From positions 2,269 to 66,268 of the forward strand of contig CAZGXN010000005.1 of NCBI GenBank assembly GCA_964530135.1: a DNA stretch of 64,000 bases. Direction: 5' to 3'. The position numbers and the translations under genes were made by a program. Shown here piece by piece: positions 28,884 through 39,028 of the stretch (position 1 is its first letter; each line of letters starts with the position of its first letter). The notes beneath the pieces were generated by a model. It saw nothing but the letters and a program-made list of their open reading frames with translations, was not told where the DNA came from and did not search any database. The stretch is from an uncultured Bdellovibrionales bacterium. Its GTDB lineage: Bacteria > Patescibacteriota > Minisyncoccia > Moranbacterales > UBA1568.

Positions 28884-29303
28884 CTACTTTCCTTCACTCT
28901 GGATAAGTCCTTTAGCCTTCAGGGCTTCATAGAGTGTGTCCGCAAGCTGATCATGCATCGTATCAAGGACATAGAGATCATTTAGCTTTCTTGCCACATC
29001 GACTGCATGTGCCACTCCTTTGAGTTGAGCAAGTTCCACCAATTGATTCACCTGACTCGTCGCATCCAAGGCCTGTCCCACTTGGCGAACATCAGCCTGG
29101 ACATCTGCTGCCACCGGCACAGACTGAGAGCTCACACTCGACTGAGCGAGGATGGCAGCATACCTTTCCTCGGCCTTTTCGGATAACTGCTCAGCCCCAT
29201 CTTCAAAAGGCTGTCTCACCTTGCCCCCATTCGTCTCTGGTGAAAGGACCACCTCAGTTGGTGTAGTCGCGGCTTCTTTTTTTCGAGAAAAGAATTCCCA
29301 CAT
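28884..29303 (-). CDS. hypothetical acidic protein (139 aa)
   Basis: ORF in the operon, no motifs. Confidence 0.4.
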   Translation of the reverse strand: MWEFFSRKKEAATTPTEVVLSPETNGGKVRQPFEDGAEQLSEKAEERYAAILAQSSVSSQSVPVAADVQADVRQVGQALDATSQVNQLVELAQLKGVAHAVDVARKLNDLYVLDTMHDQLADTLYEALKAKGLIQSEGK

Positions 29304-29308
29304 ATGTC

Positions 29309-29614
29309 TTAGACGGTAACCGCCTTCACATCTTTCTTAAATTGATCCACGATATGCTCGACAAAGGCTTGGTAATGCGGAATGCGCGTCTCGAGAAATT
29401 CTCCCACAGCACTTTCAGTGGGTTCAGACTCAATCAGGGCTTCATAGTCCGTCAAGCCTTGTTCACCAAGCTTTTCCATCGTCTCCATAAATATGCGCTT
29501 CAGAAGGGCTTCCAACATTTTCCCCAAAAGCTCTTGCCGCTTTGGTTCAGACAGACCGGACAACTCCAGTGATTCGGCAAGCTCGGCTTCAATTTTTGAG
29601 TAATCGATATCCAT
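29309..29614 (-). CDS. hypothetical small acidic helical protein (101 aa)
   Basis: ORF in the operon, no motifs. Confidence 0.4.
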   Translation of the reverse strand: MDIDYSKIEAELAESLELSGLSEPKRQELLGKMLEALLKRIFMETMEKLGEQGLTDYEALIESEPTESAVGEFLETRIPHYQAFVEHIVDQFKKDVKAVTV

Positions 29615-29627
29615 ACATGTATTGTAT

Positions 29628-32603
29628 TTAGTCTAACATACGAAAACCTGGAATCTTTTTTCCTTGATGTCCCGCGAGTGCGATCATCCGGATCACATAC
29701 TCTTGAATAGATTCGCCAGATCGAGCCCGAGCGAGCTCGACACCCAAGGCTTTAGCTGAGGCCTTTGAAAATTTTGCCACTTCCTGCATTTGCGAATAAT
29801 GCAGAGGATTCTTCGCCTGGTCATAGCTGAAAAATGGATTCTTTTCGAGAATAGCCCGGTCCGTAAGCACGGTATCGACTTTCAGCTTCACAAATTCCGG
29901 ATGCAGTACTGGATCATAGCGCATATCGGGGATATCCCCTCCTGCTACATCATTCGTTTGAAACAGTTCAATTGAGAGTTTTTTAAAATTTCGAAAAATT
30001 GTTTCCTGATTTTCCTGAGGCAAGCTCTCGATATACTTCACTGTATTGCCATACGGATTGAGGAGCTCCTCAGTAGGGCTAAGTGTAAACATACCTCTAA
30101 TCTCTGCCTTCTCAGAGGGAGAAACAACCGCTGGAATATGGTCGAGTTTCATTGTCCCACGCTCCGGAACACTCTCCCCTCCCAGTGTGCGAAGCGACGC
30201 ATCTGGTGCAGACACACCCGATACAGTGGGGAGTTCAATCGGAACCGTTCCCCGGGCCGTATCAACCATTTGCGTTACCTCCTCGGAAGAGAGAAGGGTG
30301 CCGATATCCAGTTTGGCTCCAGCCTGAATAAGATGCGGGCTGAATTTCCCATTGGTATCCAGGGTGAAGCCCGCTGCTCGAGCCAACTCCGGACTTGATT
30401 CAAGCTTGGTCTGCAGTTTCAGTTCAACCAGTTTTGCAAAGCGTGCTGCAGAACGATCATCCATACCCGCCGCATCTTTAGCTGCTTTCTCAGCCAGCTT
30501 CCAGATACTATCTCCGCGTTTTACCTCATAAGGATCGAGGAGGTGCTTGGTCATCGCAGTACTGGACTCGATCGATGGTGTAATGGGCGCAGTATCTTTT
30601 GGTATTTCGGGCATACTGGAGTGTTCAACACCCTCTCCTGGTAGTACGAGCGTTTCTGAGCCCTTTGGTATTTCTCCAACAGACGAAGTTTCTAGGATTG
30701 CTGGTCCACCCAATCGAACATCCCCGCTCTCAGTGGGCACTCCGGTGGATCCCACAATAGCCTGCGTCTCGTTCGTGCTCCCAGTGATATGTTCATTCAT
30801 GAAATGTGCCACCGCGCCAGAACCAAACACGACGCCAGCCATAATAGCCCCCGACTTTCGATAGAGATTTCCTCGACGGCGAGCACCTTCACCCGAGCGC
30901 GCGCGGAGTGAGGCTTCTTTCAGATATGTTTCCAGGGCCGAAAAATCAACGGTCTTTTTTTCTCCAAGCTTGACAGCAAGCTCATCCGCTTCCAGCGCAT
31001 CAAAAGCAGCCTCATGCTTTGTTTCCACCTGATTACGCTTTCTTTCCCGCAGTTTTTGGGCGACAAAATCTGCTCCACCCTCAAGGGTTACTGCTACCCC
31101 CGCCCCCGCTGCCAATCGCTTCAACGCGATCAGTCCGACAGTGGCTGTCCCAATGCCACCCGTGGCCAGACCGAGTCCGACAGCACCCGCCCCAGCGAGG
31201 CTTGCTCCAAGAAGGTATTTACCCGCCTTTCCTTTAGCGAGTTTATTATATCCAGCACCTAATTTCTCGATACCCAAAATAGCGGTCTCACCGAACACGA
31301 CTGTTCCACCGATCATGAGCTTCACACGGGCTTTCCACACCTCTCCAGATGTTGCCCCACTTTCGGAAGTGAGATTCGGTGCTGTCTCGTTCCAAAGAGT
31401 TCTCATTTTCTCAAGCAGTGGCTGATTCAGCTTGGTGAGGCGCATCTCCTGACGCGTTGCATAGATTCGCTCAGCTTCATCAAATTCGAATTCGCGGATC
31501 AGCGCGGCCAGAGCTGGACGCAACTCTGAGATACGCAGTCCCGAATGTTTCAACTTTTCAATCTCCGCCGATTGCAATGCTCTGACCTTCTCGTCATACC
31601 AGGCCCGATACTTTTCTACCTCCCTATCATCACCGTCCTTATGCGACAGTTTTCGAAAAATCCGTGTGAGATTCTTCCACGCACTCATTTGCGATTCCTC
31701 GACCGCGATAAAGGCTGTCCGTTCGCTTGCAACTTCTTCCCGAAGTTTCGCAATTTGCGCATCCATGTCGGCAGCCGTGATCTCGTTCTCCGGTATCTGG
31801 ACGCCGCTCATCTCGATGAGCCGGACCGTCTCACGGGGCGACTGTTCATTGGCCGGCACTTTCGGACTACCCGCCTCGGCTTCTGGCTCGACAGTTTCCT
31901 TCGGACCAGCAGCTTCTCCTGATGGAGTATCTTTTGTTTCTTGACGAACTTCCGTGCCCGCATCCGAATCAGGAACGCCAGAGCCGCTGCCTTCTGCAAT
32001 GACCCAACCCTCGGCCTGGCCACGCTTCAGAATCTCTGTCCGAGAAATACTCGCAATCGCTGGGTCGCCCTCCTTTGTGATCCGGTAGCCGTTCGGTTTC
32101 TTGGTTATTTCATAGACTAACCCATCCGGATCCTGGTAACGGATTGCCTTGCCCTGCCCGAGACGTGGAAGTGTAAATTTGAACGGCGCCGCTTCAGCCG
32201 AAGACATTTCCTCTGTCGGCCTTGTATCCGGCGTTACTCGAGCCGGGGTTGAGAGTGCTGATTGATCACTCTGCGACAACCCATCAAACGATTGACTCAA
32301 CTCCTTGGCACGCCGAGCATTGTATTTGGTAAACGGAGTCAGAAGATTTCCAGGCGCCACCTGAGTGTCAAGGCTAGCCATATAAGCATCGATTTCGGCC
32401 TGCGATGAACCTTCTGCTTCAGTCGATATGCGAGTCGAGGTGATGGTTGGTTCAGACTGCAACGCATTGGGAGCAACCGTCGTCTCAATATATTTCGGTT
32501 GATCTTTAGCCAACTCTTCCTCCATGAAAGCACGCGCAATCGCATCAAGATCCGGTGGAACTTCCATCCGCCCTTTATCCAAGTTCACTTTTTTTCTCAC
32601 CAT
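29628..32603 (-). CDS. large (991 aa) protein with glycine-zipper membrane segments and a LysM-like peptidoglycan-binding motif
   Basis: Gly/Ala-rich hydrophobic stretch GASLAGAGAVGLGLATGGIGTATVGLIAL. YEVKRGDSIWKLAEKAAKDAAG matches the LysM consensus YxVkxGDtLwxIA. Confidence 0.5.
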   Translation of the reverse strand: MVRKKVNLDKGRMEVPPDLDAIARAFMEEELAKDQPKYIETTVAPNALQSEPTITSTRISTEAEGSSQAEIDAYMASLDTQVAPGNLLTPFTKYNARRAKELSQSFDGLSQSDQSALSTPARVTPDTRPTEEMSSAEAAPFKFTLPRLGQGKAIRYQDPDGLVYEITKKPNGYRITKEGDPAIASISRTEILKRGQAEGWVIAEGSGSGVPDSDAGTEVRQETKDTPSGEAAGPKETVEPEAEAGSPKVPANEQSPRETVRLIEMSGVQIPENEITAADMDAQIAKLREEVASERTAFIAVEESQMSAWKNLTRIFRKLSHKDGDDREVEKYRAWYDEKVRALQSAEIEKLKHSGLRISELRPALAALIREFEFDEAERIYATRQEMRLTKLNQPLLEKMRTLWNETAPNLTSESGATSGEVWKARVKLMIGGTVVFGETAILGIEKLGAGYNKLAKGKAGKYLLGASLAGAGAVGLGLATGGIGTATVGLIALKRLAAGAGVAVTLEGGADFVAQKLRERKRNQVETKHEAAFDALEADELAVKLGEKKTVDFSALETYLKEASLRARSGEGARRRGNLYRKSGAIMAGVVFGSGAVAHFMNEHITGSTNETQAIVGSTGVPTESGDVRLGGPAILETSSVGEIPKGSETLVLPGEGVEHSSMPEIPKDTAPITPSIESSTAMTKHLLDPYEVKRGDSIWKLAEKAAKDAAGMDDRSAARFAKLVELKLQTKLESSPELARAAGFTLDTNGKFSPHLIQAGAKLDIGTLLSSEEVTQMVDTARGTVPIELPTVSGVSAPDASLRTLGGESVPERGTMKLDHIPAVVSPSEKAEIRGMFTLSPTEELLNPYGNTVKYIESLPQENQETIFRNFKKLSIELFQTNDVAGGDIPDMRYDPVLHPEFVKLKVDTVLTDRAILEKNPFFSYDQAKNPLHYSQMQEVAKFSKASAKALGVELARARSGESIQEYVIRMIALAGHQGKKIPGFRMLD

Positions 32604-32610
32604 ACACTCA

Positions 32611-34353
32611 TTATGTGATAACTGTCTCCTTTTGCAAGTCAGCCAGTATGGCTGTGATATCGGCTGGACTGAGATTGACCGGCACGATGAGTTTGATGAC
32701 CGCGGGGAGGTAAAGATTCAGCTGTTCCATAATCTTTTTCCGGCGATCGATATCACTCGCCCCAGCGCGTTTCAAACGTTCATTGAGACCCGCCACAAAT
32801 CGATCCTTGCGATCAAACAACTCTCTCCGCACACGCTGCTGTTCAACCGGATCCAAACGCTCCCATTCCGTTCTCAAAAGAGCACCACTTTCATCTCGTT
32901 CCAACACTTTTCCATCCAAATTGAGAATAGTCGCGACCTGCTCGGCCCGAGTATACTGGTCGGTGCGAAGCTGTCTCCGAAAAAGATCTATCGTATCATA
33001 TACGCCAAACCCCACTGCGCCATTCTCCAATAGGTATCGCGTACTCACTCTCCCCTTATTGATTTCGGTAACTGTAATACGCTGAATGCGCTCTGGATCC
33101 CCTGCCGCAGCCTGTCTTTCCCATATATCACCTGGTTTTGGTTCATACTCGGACATCTCTTGTTCTGGAGCCACTTCTCTCCTGCCACCCGCACTCAAAG
33201 ATATATCCCCGTCGCCCGTCCGATGCCCTTTTTTTTTCGCTTGTGCTCGCGCTCTCACTCGCGATTCTTTCTCTGAAACAATCTGTAAAGTTTCTTTTTC
33301 CCGTTCGGCTAAAATCCGGGCGCCAACGGTTAAGAGTTCCTGATAATCAAAAAATAGTGCTGTGAGGAAACCAGCCGCGCGATCATCCAGCTCACCCACT
33401 TCCGTAACTTGTTTTTTAATCTTTTCCAGTCGTGCCTCAATTGCAGCGCTCCGCCCTGTCAGTGCCAAAACCTGTTTGTACATATTCCCTAACCCGCGCG
33501 CTCGAAGATCAGCCTTGAAACGCGCCTCATCCTTGAACCCACGAAGGGCCTGATCCATTTCTTTCCAGCGCCTCAGTTGATCCCCCACCGTTGCAATTTT
33601 TTCCAGTGGCTTTTCTCGCATCTGTCGCCATACCATCCGCCAATCGTCTTGAGAAGCATTGCTTGGGCCCTGATCCGATATGATCCTGTCATCGAGCGCC
33701 ACTGGGTCAGCTCCAGTATGCTCCGCAGTGCTCGTTGAAGGAGAAATTTCAAACAAAGCTTTTATCGTATCCGGAACTGTGATCTCACCCTGATGTTCCA
33801 AACTCTCAATTGCCTCCTTCACATCAGCGATATCGTTGGAAAATTCGGTATGTATTGCCTCAAGCTGAAGTATCTCTTCGGAAGCTTCACGACGGATATC
33901 GGAGTTTTCGAGATACGGTTCAGCGAGGTTTTTCGCTCGCATCAAACCTTTTTCGACAGCCAACATGAGGCCCTCCTCATCTTCCGCCTGGTAACCGTGT
34001 GCTTCGAGGAACGTACTGAGCTGAGTCAATACCTCAGACTGTTGGACGATATCCCTGAGGAGTTTTTCCATTATTTTTTTTGTGGGGTTTTCAAGAAGCT
34101 CCGCCGAACGGGGATTAGTGAATGTTTCGCGACTTTTGTGAATCCTCTGGCTCGGAACTGGATCTCGAGACATTTCTTGGTTTTCCGATTCTTTTGTCGG
34201 TCCCTCCTGATGCGACCATCTCGTTTTTCTCTGATCAGAAAAATGAGCATCGGGCGCAGCATCTTTTTGCTCACGCACAAACTGCGAGGACAGAGATTCC
34301 CCCGAGACATTTCTTGGTTTGGCAGCAAATGGACCCTCACTCAAAACTGACAT
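32611..34353 (-). CDS. hypothetical soluble charged protein (580 aa), first gene of the operon
   Basis: Highly charged, coiled-coil-like, no TM. No family recognised. Confidence 0.45.
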   Translation of the reverse strand: MSVLSEGPFAAKPRNVSGESLSSQFVREQKDAAPDAHFSDQRKTRWSHQEGPTKESENQEMSRDPVPSQRIHKSRETFTNPRSAELLENPTKKIMEKLLRDIVQQSEVLTQLSTFLEAHGYQAEDEEGLMLAVEKGLMRAKNLAEPYLENSDIRREASEEILQLEAIHTEFSNDIADVKEAIESLEHQGEITVPDTIKALFEISPSTSTAEHTGADPVALDDRIISDQGPSNASQDDWRMVWRQMREKPLEKIATVGDQLRRWKEMDQALRGFKDEARFKADLRARGLGNMYKQVLALTGRSAAIEARLEKIKKQVTEVGELDDRAAGFLTALFFDYQELLTVGARILAEREKETLQIVSEKESRVRARAQAKKKGHRTGDGDISLSAGGRREVAPEQEMSEYEPKPGDIWERQAAAGDPERIQRITVTEINKGRVSTRYLLENGAVGFGVYDTIDLFRRQLRTDQYTRAEQVATILNLDGKVLERDESGALLRTEWERLDPVEQQRVRRELFDRKDRFVAGLNERLKRAGASDIDRRKKIMEQLNLYLPAVIKLIVPVNLSPADITAILADLQKETVIT

Positions 34354-34440
34354 ATACTACTGAGTCTTTACATTTTTTTCCTTTTCATAGTCTCTTTGCT
34401 ATAATTTTAACAGAGCTAGACAAAAAAGAATACAAAAAAT

Positions 34441-36069
34441 ATGCTAACGCCTACCCTATCTGAAGAAAAAAAGTGGACCGCACTCGTGGCGCCTTACATC
34501 CTTTTTTCCATTCTTGTTCTCGCACTCTTTGTCCGCATCTATCATCTCGATTCACTTCCGGCTGGACTATACCCAGATGAGGCAACCAATGGCACCGATG
34601 CACTCCTTGCCAATGAGACCGGTAATTACCGACTCTTCTACACAAATAACTACGGCCGCGAAGGTCTTTTCATCAATCTCCAGGCACTCGCCATCAAATA
34701 CTTCGGGAATACTATCCCTGTCTTAAAGGCCTGGTCAGTCTTTTTTGGGACATTCGCCATTCTCGGACTCTATCTCCTCGCACGCGAGCTCTATGCACGG
34801 CGTGTGTATGCGATGACCGCTGCTTTCATGTTGGCAACCTCCTACTGGGCGATTAATTTTTCGCGCATTGGTTTTAGGGCTATCATGACGACCTTCCTCC
34901 TCACCTTTTGTTTTTACTTTTTCTTTCGTGGTTTCCGAACCAATAAACTACGTGATTTCCTAATTGCTGGCCTCTTTCTCGGCATTGGACTGCATACCTA
35001 TGTCGCATTTCGACTCGCACCACTTATTGTGATTGCTCTCCTCCCCGCTCTCTTCCTCACTTATGAGCGTTTCCTTGCGCGCTATTGGAAGCACGCCCTC
35101 GCCTTCATACTTGGTGCATGTATCACCGCTGCCCCCATGATCTATGATTTTTATATCAACCCAGATCATTTCTCTTCTCGGACCGGAGCAGTTTCAATCT
35201 TCTCCCCAGAAATTAATAAAGGAGATTTTTGGGGGACTTTCGGTAAGACTTTTGGCCTCTCGCTCGTCAAATACAATTTCTGGGGCGATCAAAACTGGCG
35301 CCATAACTACCCGCCCTACCCTATACTCGATCCAGTGTCCGGTGCGCTCTTTCTCGCCGGCTTCCTCTTTCTCATTTGGGAAACAATCAAACTTCTTGGG
35401 TTACGTCTCCGAGACAAACTCCGCGATGAGCGGCTCATTCGGAATTGGTTCCTCCTCTCAGCCTTCTTCGTAATGCTGATGCCTGAATTCCTCACTGAGG
35501 AAGGGTTGCCCCATGCACTCCGAGCGATTGGCACCCAGATGCCCGTCTACCTTATCGCCATCCTCCCTATCACCTGGATCGTCCGCCACGCACAGCGTTC
35601 ACTCGCCGGTGGACGATTTGCGCTCTATTCACTTCTCGCCTTTGGTTTGTTTTGTGGGGCAGCCTTCAATCTGACCAAATATTTTGTTTTCTTTGATCGC
35701 AATCTCAATCAGCACGGAGCGTTTAACCAAAACTTTCGGAATATGGCTGTCTATGCGATGAGCCTACCAAATGACACGCTGAAATATATTGTTACCAATG
35801 GAGGTGGACGGATGCTCGAAGATGGACTCCCCGTTTCAGCCCAACCCATCAAATTCCTCACTGCCGGAAAAATTGAAAACCTCGTATACCTGACACCGGA
35901 AACAACCGTGCGTACTCAAAACAGCGTTATTATTCTCATGAACCACGATGATGCACTCATCGGACGAATAAAAAAAATCACCCCCACTGTCCGAGTTGAA
36001 CACATTGATCTCTTCCCTGGCACTCAGAGTGGATTTACTGTGCTCCGTTTCCCTTCATCCCACCAATAG
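34441..36069 (+). CDS. GT-C membrane glycosyltransferase (ArnT/PMT-like, family 39/83)
   Basis: Multi-pass membrane protein with a DEATNG-type first-loop acidic motif (YPDEATNG). Confidence 0.7.
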   Translation: MLTPTLSEEKKWTALVAPYILFSILVLALFVRIYHLDSLPAGLYPDEATNGTDALLANETGNYRLFYTNNYGREGLFINLQALAIKYFGNTIPVLKAWSVFFGTFAILGLYLLARELYARRVYAMTAAFMLATSYWAINFSRIGFRAIMTTFLLTFCFYFFFRGFRTNKLRDFLIAGLFLGIGLHTYVAFRLAPLIVIALLPALFLTYERFLARYWKHALAFILGACITAAPMIYDFYINPDHFSSRTGAVSIFSPEINKGDFWGTFGKTFGLSLVKYNFWGDQNWRHNYPPYPILDPVSGALFLAGFLFLIWETIKLLGLRLRDKLRDERLIRNWFLLSAFFVMLMPEFLTEEGLPHALRAIGTQMPVYLIAILPITWIVRHAQRSLAGGRFALYSLLAFGLFCGAAFNLTKYFVFFDRNLNQHGAFNQNFRNMAVYAMSLPNDTLKYIVTNGGGRMLEDGLPVSAQPIKFLTAGKIENLVYLTPETTVRTQNSVIILMNHDDALIGRIKKITPTVRVEHIDLFPGTQSGFTVLRFPSSHQ

Positions 36070-36107
36070 ACATTTTTAGTTTTAACTCATCTCAACACCC
36101 CCTCTCT

Positions 36108-38051
36108 ATGGAAAATCTGAAACGCCTCGCTCCACAGTTTCTCGCGCTTATGATGGTCGCTTTTTTTGCTGTTTCGATCCTTGTTTCTTATCAGGAATCA
36201 ACGACCATGGATGAACGAGCGCATATTCCGGCCGGGTACAGCTATGTGAAGTACCAGGATATGCGTATCAATCCCGAACACCCGCCCCTCCTGAAAGACT
36301 TGGCTGGTCTCGCTCTTCTTCCTCTTGATCCAAAAATGCCGAAAAGTGATCCCCTCTGGGAAAGTGGCGACTGGCTCGATGCGGCAAAATTTCCTGAAGG
36401 GCCGGCGCGTACCTGGGGGCTTGCCCAGTGGGAATTCGGGGACAAAATCCTCCATCTGAATGGGAATGATGCCAACCTTGTTACCTTCTGGTCGCGATTC
36501 CCCTTTATCCTGGTTTCTCTTTTACTGGGGTTCTTTATTTTTCGCTGGACCAAAGAGCTTGCCGGAGCTGTTGCTGCACTCTTTGCGGCACTCCTCTATT
36601 TCTTTGATCCAAATATTATCGGCCACAGTCACTATGTAACCACTGATATTGGTATTGCTGCCTTTATCTTCTTTGCTTTTTACTACTTTGTCCGATTCCT
36701 CAAAGATCCTAGTCGGAAAAACATTCTTTGGGCAGGTATCTTTCTCGGTCTCGCTCAGCTCACAAAATTCTCGGCCGTATTACTCTTTCCTATATTCGGT
36801 ATGTTTGCGGTCCTGTATGGTCTCACGGTAACGGTTGAATCCATTCCGGGATCGTGGAAATCTCGTCTCAAAAATGCCTTTGTCTACGGACTCAAATACA
36901 TGGGCAGCGTCGTTGTTTGCTTCATAGCCATCTGGATTCTCTATTTCTTCAATACCGCTCAGATGCCTGGTGAAGTCATCGCGGAAATTGCGCGTGCCCA
37001 ATTCCCCAACGATCGAGCCATCGGTCAGATCGCAGAGACAACTATTGTTACCCTGAGTCAATTCACTCTATCAAAGCCTTTGGCTGAATATTTTCTCGGT
37101 GTCTTCATGGTATTCGCCCGAGTGGCCGGAGGAAACACTTTCTATTTTCTTGGTGAAGTATCCAAACAGGCATCCCAACTCTACTTCCCAATCGTTTTCG
37201 TTCTCAAGGAAACGCTCCCAATGCTCTTTCTCCTCATCACAACAACGCTGTACACACTCTATCGAATCGGCCAGGGACTGATGCAACGCAATGGGCAGAG
37301 CTTCCTCACACTCATCATGACATCATTCCGAGAGCGTATCACCCAATACATGATGGTTTTCTTCATCCTCTTCTATAGCTATGTCAGCATCACCGGAAAT
37401 CTCAACATAGGATACCGACACCTCTTCCCAATCCTTCCTTTCTTGTATGTGCTGGTTGCTAAAACTGTCTTTGATATCCTCAAGCGTGAGCGTGAACACC
37501 CGACCACTTACCGAACACTTCGTATTCTCCTGGCTTGCGCCACCTTTTCGATTATTGCTATTCCCATACTCTCTTATCCGAGCTATCTCTCATACTTCAA
37601 TGCTATCGGCGGCGGACATGAGCAGGGCTACCGCTATGTGACTGATTCTAACTATGACTGGGGTCAGGATCTTCGGAGATTGCGAGACTTTGTCGACAAC
37701 TACAATCAGTGTGTCGAGAGCGGCTTTTCGACCCCTTTTTGTGAGCCATTCCGAACTATGATGACTCCCAAAGATCAGCCAATCAATACTATTCGGGTTG
37801 ACTACTTTGGTGGTTCCAGTGGACAGTGGCAACTCGGAGACAAATATAAAGGGTGGCATTCCCAACTCCCACCAGAGCCAGGGTGGTATGGTCTCTCTAT
37901 CGGCTTTCTCCAAGAAAACTGGTACAAAACACTCGCACCTGGTGAACGTTCATACGATTACCTTCGCCATCGAACACCCGATTTCCGGGTCGGCGATTCT
38001 CTCTTCGTATACTATATCCACCCCGAAGAAATCTCTCCTGAAGAAAAATAA
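36108..38051 (+). CDS. GT-C membrane glycosyltransferase (PMT/ArnT-like), second tandem copy
   Basis: Multi-pass membrane protein with an early DERAHIPAGY loop motif and a large C-terminal soluble domain. Confidence 0.65.
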   Translation: MENLKRLAPQFLALMMVAFFAVSILVSYQESTTMDERAHIPAGYSYVKYQDMRINPEHPPLLKDLAGLALLPLDPKMPKSDPLWESGDWLDAAKFPEGPARTWGLAQWEFGDKILHLNGNDANLVTFWSRFPFILVSLLLGFFIFRWTKELAGAVAALFAALLYFFDPNIIGHSHYVTTDIGIAAFIFFAFYYFVRFLKDPSRKNILWAGIFLGLAQLTKFSAVLLFPIFGMFAVLYGLTVTVESIPGSWKSRLKNAFVYGLKYMGSVVVCFIAIWILYFFNTAQMPGEVIAEIARAQFPNDRAIGQIAETTIVTLSQFTLSKPLAEYFLGVFMVFARVAGGNTFYFLGEVSKQASQLYFPIVFVLKETLPMLFLLITTTLYTLYRIGQGLMQRNGQSFLTLIMTSFRERITQYMMVFFILFYSYVSITGNLNIGYRHLFPILPFLYVLVAKTVFDILKREREHPTTYRTLRILLACATFSIIAIPILSYPSYLSYFNAIGGGHEQGYRYVTDSNYDWGQDLRRLRDFVDNYNQCVESGFSTPFCEPFRTMMTPKDQPINTIRVDYFGGSSGQWQLGDKYKGWHSQLPPEPGWYGLSIGFLQENWYKTLAPGERSYDYLRHRTPDFRVGDSLFVYYIHPEEISPEEK

Positions 38052-38127
38052 ATTTCTCCAGTGAAAAAGAGTGGTGAAAAAACCACTCTTTTTTCTTTTT
38101 CAACATTCCTTCATGCTCGAAATTTTT

Positions 38128-39027
38128 TTAAGGCTGTAATACCTCTATCACCGCAGCATCAGTTTCTGTATAAAATATCCTTCCATCAATCCGCAAATCA
38201 ACCGATTGAAGCTTTGAGCGATCGGGCCGATCTTTCCCATATTCATCAAGGAAAATCCTCAGTGTTCCCAAACTCTCTTCCACCGGCCGAGTGGTTGAAA
38301 GAGACAGTTTCCAGTTTTCTCCTGTAACCATAACAATCTCTTCCGAATAACGCGAAGGAGTTGTAGCTATAAGAGAAGGTGTTCCCTGTGTGAATTTTGC
38401 AAGACGCTCTCGTGCGGCATAAAAAGTATTCACATACGGCTCAACGGGTAGAGGTTCACCCACCTCTACTGGTAATGCACTCAGATCAATGACCGAGAGT
38501 TGGGTCGATTCATATCGGATATCATCTGCAAATGGAACGGTTACCGCCCGTCCATCACGGATGCCATAACACGGCCCGCCCGAACACCAGCGCAGAAGCA
38601 CCGGCGCTTCTGTCAGACGAAGCACAATACGATCAGGAAACTTCCGCTCCACAAAAACACTCGAAACTTTCGGATAGCGCTCGAGAATCCTTGCGACAAT
38701 CCGTTCCGTCGGGACAAGAAAAAAATTCCGCTGCTTAAAAATTCCGAGCATGGTACGGGCCATCTCTTCTTCAGCGAGCGTTTGATATTCGATAGACGGA
38801 ATAACACTTTCCCCTTCTACTGTCACTGTTTGAATCATCAACGCAGGAGAAAAAAGGAGTGTCTGTCCGCTGACCAAGAGGAAGGCAGCCCAAAGCGAGG
38901 CTGTAATCCAAAACTGATTCTTTTCTTCCCCTCTCACGACATTGCGCCGAATAATTTTTCCGCGACGAGGAAGCATGGCCTTTGTAAAAAGTCGCTCCCG
39001 ACTTTGCTTTTTGCCATTCAACCACAT
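38128..39027 (-). CDS. cell division protein FtsQ/DivIB-like (POTRA domain)
   Basis: TM helix followed by IQTVTVEGESVIPSIEYQTLAEEEM POTRA-like block. Start trimmed to abut holB. Confidence 0.55.
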   Translation of the reverse strand: MWLNGKKQSRERLFTKAMLPRRGKIIRRNVVRGEEKNQFWITASLWAAFLLVSGQTLLFSPALMIQTVTVEGESVIPSIEYQTLAEEEMARTMLGIFKQRNFFLVPTERIVARILERYPKVSSVFVERKFPDRIVLRLTEAPVLLRWCSGGPCYGIRDGRAVTVPFADDIRYESTQLSVIDLSALPVEVGEPLPVEPYVNTFYAARERLAKFTQGTPSLIATTPSRYSEEIVMVTGENWKLSLSTTRPVEESLGTLRIFLDEYGKDRPDRSKLQSVDLRIDGRIFYTETDAAVIEVLQP

Positions 39028-39028
39028 A

